A stretch of DNA of 64,000 nt, from assembly GCA_036657395.1 (NCBI GenBank), contig JAVXGM010000005.1:25702-89701 (forward strand), written 5' to 3'. The notes under the pieces were generated by a model. It saw only the letters and a list, made by a program, of their open reading frames with translations. It was not told the origin of the DNA and did not search any database. The stretch is from Anaerovoracaceae bacterium. Lineage in GTDB: Bacteria > Bacillota > Clostridia > Peptostreptococcales > Anaerovoracaceae. Shown one piece after another: positions 59,007 through 64,000 of the stretch; positions within the stretch are counted from its first letter, which is position 1, and every line of letters starts with the position of its first letter. The position numbers and the translations under genes are program-made.

Positions 59007-59477
59007 TTACTCTAAACCAGGAAAGCCTTTTTGTCTTAATGCTTCAAAAAGAATAATATTCACTGAATTTGATAGATTTAAAGATCTTAGCCTTGTATCC
59101 TTGCTCATTGGAATCCGTAAAGCTTGCTCCTCATGTGCCTTAATGAATTCACGTGAAAGCCCGGCTGTCTCCTTACCAAATAGAATCATATCTTCATCTC
59201 TAAATTCCACATCAGAATAAAGATGTTTTCCCTTTGTAGTGGCGAGGTAAAGGTTTCTATCTCCATATTTATTCATGAATTCATCCAAACTTTTATGAAC
59301 TTCTAACTTAACATAAGGCCAATAATCAAGGCCGGCTCGCCTTACACTCTTTTCATCTATAGAAAACCCTAAAGGCTCTACAAGATGAAGTACACTTCCT
59401 GTGGCCGCACAGGATCTGGCAATATTCCCCGTATTTGGGGGGATTTCCGGTTCAACTAATACTACATGAATAGCCAT
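59007..59477 (-). CDS. trmL: tRNA (cytidine/uridine34-2'-O)-methyltransferase TrmL (SpoU/TrmH family)
   Basis: 156 aa. Motifs VVLVEPEIPPNTGNIARSCAATG, LLFGKETAGL, IPM....RSLNLSNSV. Confidence 0.88.
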   Translation of the reverse strand: MAIHVVLVEPEIPPNTGNIARSCAATGSVLHLVEPLGFSIDEKSVRRAGLDYWPYVKLEVHKSLDEFMNKYGDRNLYLATTKGKHLYSDVEFRDEDMILFGKETAGLSREFIKAHEEQALRIPMSKDTRLRSLNLSNSVNIILFEALRQKGFPGLE

Positions 59478-59508
59478 TTTTCATTTCCTCCTATTTTTCC
59501 TTATTCTC

Positions 59509-59536
59509 ATTGTACTTTGATTGGAACAAAAGTCAA
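59509..59536 (-). promoter_or_regulatory. sigma-A promoter for trmL
   Basis: Minus strand reads TTGACT-16 nt-TACAAT, about 30 nt upstream of the ATG. Confidence 0.6.
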
Positions 59537-59648
59537 TGACATCTGCAATATCTGCTAATTTGTAAAATTTTAAAGACAAAGGGCAGATTTTGTTATATAC
59601 TTTTTAAATCAGTGCATTTTAGAGAAAAAAATCAAAGGAGGTACGGTA

Positions 59649-60623
59649 ATGAAAACCGTTAATGTTAGCTTGCTTGGTCTTGGAAATATTGGAACAGGCA
59701 CCTACAAAACCTGGGAAATGAATAAAGCCCAAATGGAAGCTGCTACTGGCACAAAAATCCAAATAACAAAAATTCTCGAAAGGGATGTTGATAGGCAAAG
59801 GGATATTACTGTTACTCCCGATCAGTTTACCCAAGATCCTGATGAAATCTTTAAGGATCCTAATATACATGTTGTCGTTGAACTTCTAGGCGGTATTGAA
59901 CCTGCCACTACATTCATGTTAGAAGCTATGAATAATGGAAAACATGTGGTTACTGCCAATAAAGCTGCAGTAGCTGCTAATTTTGAAAAACTGACAGAAG
60001 CTGCAAAGAAGAACGATGTTAAATTTTCATTTGAAGCCAGTGTAGGCGGTGGTATTCCAATTTTAAATGCCATTACCACTGTACTTCAAGCAAATCAGTT
60101 TGAAGAAATCCTAGGAATCGTAAATGGCACTACTAACTATATCCTGACTCAGATGACCGAATATGGACTTGAATATGATGATGTTTTAAAGGTTGCCCAG
60201 GAAAAGGGATTTGCTGAGGCTGATCCTACTGCTGATGTTGAGGGAATCGACGTTGCCAACAAACTTACTATTCTCATGGCTCTCACCTTTGGCATATATG
60301 TCCCACCAGAAGAAATCCCTACAGTTGGAATCACAAAAATTACAAAGGCAGACATTGATGCAGCAGCTTCTCGAGATTGTAAAATCAAGCTGATTGCTTC
60401 TGCAAAAAAAGTTGGAGACAAAATAGAATACAGTGTAAAGCCTACTGAACTTTCTGTTGCTCATCCTTTAGCTGGTATTAACAACGAATTTAATGCGGTA
60501 TTTATAAAGGGTAATGCAGTTGATGAATTAATGTTTTATGGAAAAGGCGCAGGCCCGCTTCCTACGGGAAGTGCTGTTATGGGCGACATACTTGAAATAG
60601 CAAAATCAATGGGAGGTAAATAG
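59649..60623 (+). CDS. hom: homoserine dehydrogenase, short form without ACT domain
   Basis: Motifs LLGLGNIGTGT (NAD), ASVGGGIPI, GIVNGTTNYIL, ADPTADVEG.D. Ends at 324 aa, right after the catalytic domain. Confidence 0.88.
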   Translation: MKTVNVSLLGLGNIGTGTYKTWEMNKAQMEAATGTKIQITKILERDVDRQRDITVTPDQFTQDPDEIFKDPNIHVVVELLGGIEPATTFMLEAMNNGKHVVTANKAAVAANFEKLTEAAKKNDVKFSFEASVGGGIPILNAITTVLQANQFEEILGIVNGTTNYILTQMTEYGLEYDDVLKVAQEKGFAEADPTADVEGIDVANKLTILMALTFGIYVPPEEIPTVGITKITKADIDAAASRDCKIKLIASAKKVGDKIEYSVKPTELSVAHPLAGINNEFNAVFIKGNAVDELMFYGKGAGPLPTGSAVMGDILEIAKSMGGK

Positions 60624-60626
60624 ACA

Positions 60627-61127
60627 ATGGCTTTAACCTTATTTAAACAATGGAAAAATTTAATTGAAAATCAAACTGATGACACTTTTAATGAGTTTTG
60701 GGAAGAATACAGTGGGGCTGAAACTAATATTTACAGTGACCTTCTAGACAATCCAACTAAAAAGGTCGCCGCTCCTTTAAGTGAATTAGTCGCAAAATAT
60801 GAAGTTTCTCCCGTAATTTTCATGGGGTTTCTTGATGGAATTAATGATAGTTTAAAAGAACCAAACGATATAGAAAAATTTGATGAGACATCAACTGTAG
60901 TTCTTGATATGAATCTAGAAAAGCTATACTACAATATGCTGATTGCAGAAGCTGACTATCTTTATACACTTCCTCAATGGGATACCATACTTACTGAGGA
61001 GACTAGAGCTGAGGTAATTAAAAACTACAAACGTTCTCGAACTGTAGTAAAGGGTGAAAAAATTGGCCGAAACGACCCTTGCCCTTGTGGATCAGGAAAA
61101 AAATACAAAAAATGTTGTGGCAAATAG
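60627..61127 (+). CDS. SEC-C motif domain protein of unknown function
   Basis: C-terminal [19 protein letters not shown] (SEC-C metal-binding motif). I do not recognise the acidic N-terminal ~140 aa. The ATG lies 3 nt after the hom stop, with its SD (GGGAGG) inside hom. Confidence 0.75.
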   Translation: MALTLFKQWKNLIENQTDDTFNEFWEEYSGAETNIYSDLLDNPTKKVAAPLSELVAKYEVSPVIFMGFLDGINDSLKEPNDIEKFDETSTVVLDMNLEKLYYNMLIAEADYLYTLPQWDTILTEETRAEVIKNYKRSRTVVKGEKIGRNDPCPCGSGKKYKKCCGK

Positions 61128-61164
61128 ACCATAAATTCTACCTACAATTAAACCTATAAACTGT

Positions 61165-61194
61165 AAAGGCTGTGATTTTTCACAGCCTTTTTTT
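61165..61194 (+). terminator. rho-independent terminator of hom/SEC-C (right arm overlaps the nth stop)
   Basis: AAAGGCTGTG-(6-nt loop)-CACAGCCTTT, followed by TTTT. It probably acts bidirectionally, because convergent nth ends inside it. Confidence 0.8.
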
Positions 61195-61809
61195 ACATAT
61201 GTAACCGATTACACAGTTTTCACAATCTGGCTTTCTTGCGTGGCAACAATTTCGTCCATGGAAGATAAGGCTATGGTGACTACGAGACCATCTTTCTTCT
61301 GGCAAAGCCTTCATCAATGCCAATTCTGTCTTCAATACATCCTTTTCTTTTACCAGGCCTATCCTATTAGAAACCCGAAAAACGTGTGTATCTACAGCGA
61401 TTCGTTCATGTCCAAAGCCTACAGAAAGCACTACATTTGCAGTCTTTCTCCCTACTCCGGGAAGTTTAATAAGCTCCTCATAATCATCTGGCACCTGTCC
61501 ACCATAATTATCCATCAGCATTTTTGCCATGGCTAAAATGTTCTTTGACTTAGTTTTATACATCCCGATTCGTCTAATAATATTCATAATATCTTCTTGA
61601 GATCCTGCCGCCAAGCTAGCAGCATCAGGATACTTTTTAAAAAGTTTTTCCGTCACTACATTGACACTTTTATCAGTAGTTTGTGCTGATAGGGCTACTG
61701 CGACTATCAGCTGAAACACATTCAAATGATTTAATGCACATTCTGCCTCTGGATAAGTAATTTCAAGGTTGTCCAGTATTTCTCCCACTTGTTTTTTTGT
61801 AAATGTCAT
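61180..61809 (-). CDS. nth: endonuclease III (DNA glycosylase/AP lyase)
   Basis: HhH-GPD motif (LPGVGRKTANVV...DTHV) and 4Fe-4S cluster CHARKPDCENCVIGYIC. Confidence 0.92.
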   Translation of the reverse strand: MTFTKKQVGEILDNLEITYPEAECALNHLNVFQLIVAVALSAQTTDKSVNVVTEKLFKKYPDAASLAAGSQEDIMNIIRRIGMYKTKSKNILAMAKMLMDNYGGQVPDDYEELIKLPGVGRKTANVVLSVGFGHERIAVDTHVFRVSNRIGLVKEKDVLKTELALMKALPEERWSRSHHSLIFHGRNCCHARKPDCENCVIGYICKKRL

Positions 61810-61924
61810 ATATCCTCCTTTTATTTATGAATAAACTATACCCGATTTCTCTGCATTTTAACACCCTTTCTAACACCTTATTTCTTCAGTTTTTTAAATT
61901 TTCTAACAAATTAAGGAAAACTAG

Positions 61925-61952
61925 TTACATTTTTGAAATTTTATAGTATAAT
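61925..61952 (+). promoter_or_regulatory. sigma-A promoter for the NCS1 permease gene
   Basis: Plus strand reads TTACAT-16 nt-TATAAT, about 48 nt upstream of ATG 62001. Confidence 0.55.
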
Positions 61953-62000
61953 TGAATATGTAATCATTTACAAAACATTTTAATTATGGAGGTGTTTAGA

Positions 62001-63581
62001 ATGTCAAAGTACACACAAGTCGAACGTAATGGTCTGTTTGAATTGACAGACGCAACACGTGCCGAGCTTACGTCTTCAAAGTATTACAATGAAGATTTGG
62101 CTCCCACGTCTGTTTCCCAGAGGACATGGACTACGTACAACATCACAATGTTATGGGTTGGTATGTCCATATGTATTCCTTCGTTATCCTTATCGTCAGC
62201 ACTCATCACTTTTGGCGTGTCCCCTTGGCTAGCAATTATCAATGTAGCTTTGGGAAATCTAATCGTACTTATTCCTATTCAATTAAATTCTAACGCAGGT
62301 ACAAAATATGGTATTCCATTCCCTGCATTCTCAAGATTGACTTTTGGTAGTCTAGGAGCACAGATTCCTGCACTGTTAAGAGCAATCGTTGCCTGTGGTT
62401 GGACAGCAGTTCAAGCTTGGGTAGGTGGCGGTGCAGTTGCTGCTATCATCGGATGTTTCTTTGCTAAATTTGCTGATCCTACTTGGACTATGGCACTGCC
62501 TGGTAATCCAACTGCTGTAGTTGGTCAAGTAATAGGATTCTTGATTTTCATGCTCTTTGTTTGCTGGGTAGCATATAATGGCATGGAAAACATCAAATGG
62601 GTTCAAAACATTGGTGGTCCATTACTAATTGTAGTAATCATCGCATTGTTTATTTGGTCCGTTCTACAAGCTAGCGATTCCGGATACTCTTTCACACAGG
62701 TAATGGCTCAGGAAAATGACCCTGCGTTGATTGCTAAAAATGGAGGGTTTGCCTACATTTATATGGCAGGACTCACTGGCAACATTGCATTCTGGGCTAC
62801 TATGGCCTTAAATATTCCTGACTTTTCAAGATATGCTAAATCTCAGAAGGCTCAGTTTAGAGGACAGCTTTATGGTATGCCTGTTCCAATGTTTGCTTGT
62901 GCCTTCATCGGTGCATTCTTTGCTCAGGCAACTAAATTATCCATGGGCACAGCCATGTTTGACCCAACAGGAGTATTTTATCTTGTTCCAAACAAAATTG
63001 TTGTGTTCATCGCTGCAGTGGGAGTAATAGCTGCTACAATTACAACTTGCGTAGCTGCTAATGTTGTAGCTCCAGCAAATGGATTCTCCAACCTTGCTCC
63101 TAGAAAGATAAGCTATAAGGCTGGTGTAGTTATTACTTGTATAATTGCCGTACTCATGTGTCCTTGGTGGATTTACGGAAATGGCGGAGCTTATGTATTC
63201 ACATGGTTAAACAACTATGGTACTATCCTTGCTCCTGTAGCCGCAATCTTTATCGCAGACTACTATATGACAAAGAAAAGAAGAATCGACGTTGCTGGTC
63301 TTTACAAAGGCAAAGATGGCAGATATTGGTATAATCACGGCTTTAACGTAGCTGCAATAGTGTCATGGATAGCTGCATTTGTTATTCCACTACTTGGAAA
63401 TACAGTTTTCTTATTTGATCCTGCTAAGACTGCTTCCCCTAACTTAATTCAGTGGTTAGCTGCAAATGGATACATTGTATCATTCTTAATTGGATTTGTT
63501 GTTTATATACTTCTTATGAAGGGTAAAGCCACTTCTTATGTAAGTGAAGAAGAACATGAACAATTAACAGAAAGAGCATAG
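62001..63581 (+). CDS. NCS1 family nucleobase/hydantoin:cation symporter
   Basis: 12-TM protein. N-terminal NEDLAPT...RTW motif and a PucI/Mhp1/allantoin-permease-like layout. ATG 62001 lies 8 nt after GGAGG. Confidence 0.85.
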   Translation: MSKYTQVERNGLFELTDATRAELTSSKYYNEDLAPTSVSQRTWTTYNITMLWVGMSICIPSLSLSSALITFGVSPWLAIINVALGNLIVLIPIQLNSNAGTKYGIPFPAFSRLTFGSLGAQIPALLRAIVACGWTAVQAWVGGGAVAAIIGCFFAKFADPTWTMALPGNPTAVVGQVIGFLIFMLFVCWVAYNGMENIKWVQNIGGPLLIVVIIALFIWSVLQASDSGYSFTQVMAQENDPALIAKNGGFAYIYMAGLTGNIAFWATMALNIPDFSRYAKSQKAQFRGQLYGMPVPMFACAFIGAFFAQATKLSMGTAMFDPTGVFYLVPNKIVVFIAAVGVIAATITTCVAANVVAPANGFSNLAPRKISYKAGVVITCIIAVLMCPWWIYGNGGAYVFTWLNNYGTILAPVAAIFIADYYMTKKRRIDVAGLYKGKDGRYWYNHGFNVAAIVSWIAAFVIPLLGNTVFLFDPAKTASPNLIQWLAANGYIVSFLIGFVVYILLMKGKATSYVSEEEHEQLTERA

Positions 63582-63620
63582 AGTTAAGCTAAACTAAATT
63601 TAATATAATAACTTTGCAGG

Positions 63621-63645
63621 AGCCTTTGAGACCCAAAGGCTTTTG
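63621..63645 (+). terminator. modest hairpin plus short T-run between the permease and hydantoinase genes
   Basis: AGCCTTTG-(5-nt loop)-CAAAGGCT, followed by TTTG. Only 8 bp with a short T-tract, so at best a partial terminator. Confidence 0.4.
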
Positions 63646-63677
63646 CTATTATCCAAATTAAAAAAGGAGGGTTTAAT

Positions 63678-64000
63678 ATGGATTTATTAATTAAAAACGG
63701 CACGATTGTAACCGCAACTTCTACCTATAGTGGTGATATTGCCATAAAGGGCGGCAAGATTGTTGCAATTGGAAAAAATTTAAAGCCGGGAAAAATTACT
63801 GAAATAGTTGATGCAAAAGGAAAGCTTGTGCTTCCTGGAGCTATCGATGGTCATACCCACCTTGCTATGCCGTTTGGCGGAACAGTTTCCACTGACGACT
63901 ATTATGCGGGTACTAGATCAGCAGCTTGCGGAGGAACTACCACCGTATTTGATTTTGTTCTACAAGGTGCAGGAGAGACAATGCTTGATGCAATCAAGCG
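63678..64000 (+). CDS. dihydropyrimidinase/D-hydantoinase-type cyclic amidohydrolase, N-terminal fragment (runs off the right edge)
   Basis: Hand translation: MDLLIKNGTIVTATSTYSGDIAIKGGKIVAIGKNL...LPGAIDGHTHLAMPFGGT...GTRSAACGGTTTVFDF. Contains the DxHxH metal motif. AAGGAGGG SD. Confidence 0.8.
   Translation, partial: MDLLIKNGTIVTATSTYSGDIAIKGGKIVAIGKNLKPGKITEIVDAKGKLVLPGAIDGHTHLAMPFGGTVSTDDYYAGTRSAACGGTTTVFDFVLQGAGETMLDAIK

Overview
This window is a core-chromosome segment of a low-GC, spore-forming Firmicute. Gene content and order look like Clostridia (Lachnospiraceae/Clostridium-like), but I cannot fix the taxon by eye.

I call 61 protein-coding genes (two cut by the window edges), a 16-gene tRNA array, and a set of sigma-A-type promoters and rho-independent terminators read by hand. 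From 1 to about 41.7 kb every gene but one is on the minus strand.

Gene content, left to right:
- pyrC-pyrK-pyrD, then a molybdopterin-binding protein with modABC, then rlmN.
- An LCP-ddl-thrS operon carrying two small unknown genes.
- A TagD-fusion protein and a TagGH-type exporter.
- The conserved priA-def-fmt-yugP-rsmB-stp-prkC-rsgA-rpe block, followed by queH-asnA, a radical-SAM gene and tdk.
- 16 tRNAs.
- yunB-hflX-yigZ, then yraN-comM-dprA-topA-hslVU-codY.
- Cof and MBL hydrolases, trkA with two trkH genes, and a CBS protein.
- rnr-gad, an acidic lipoprotein, and the H+/Na+ pyrophosphatase.
- rpoN-gap-pgk-tpiA-eno-secG, then trmL, hom plus a SEC-C protein, and nth.
- An NCS1 permease and the start of a hydantoinase at the right edge.

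I saw no transposase, integrase, phage, CRISPR, restriction/defence or toxin-antitoxin genes, and no long repeats. I do not find convincing evidence for a new multi-gene system here. The findings are local oddities in an otherwise ordinary housekeeping region.

The most notable oddities are:
- A tRNA-Tyr with a C1:G72 acceptor pair.
- A translationally coupled DUF2007 plus HTH-like pair riding behind a TGS-less, T-box-less thrS.
- A TagD cytidylyltransferase fused to a degenerate Gfo/Idh/MocA-like domain.
- A glycolytic operon lacking cggR and gpmI with rpoN directly upstream.

All domain assignments are from motif recognition by eye. No database search was run.
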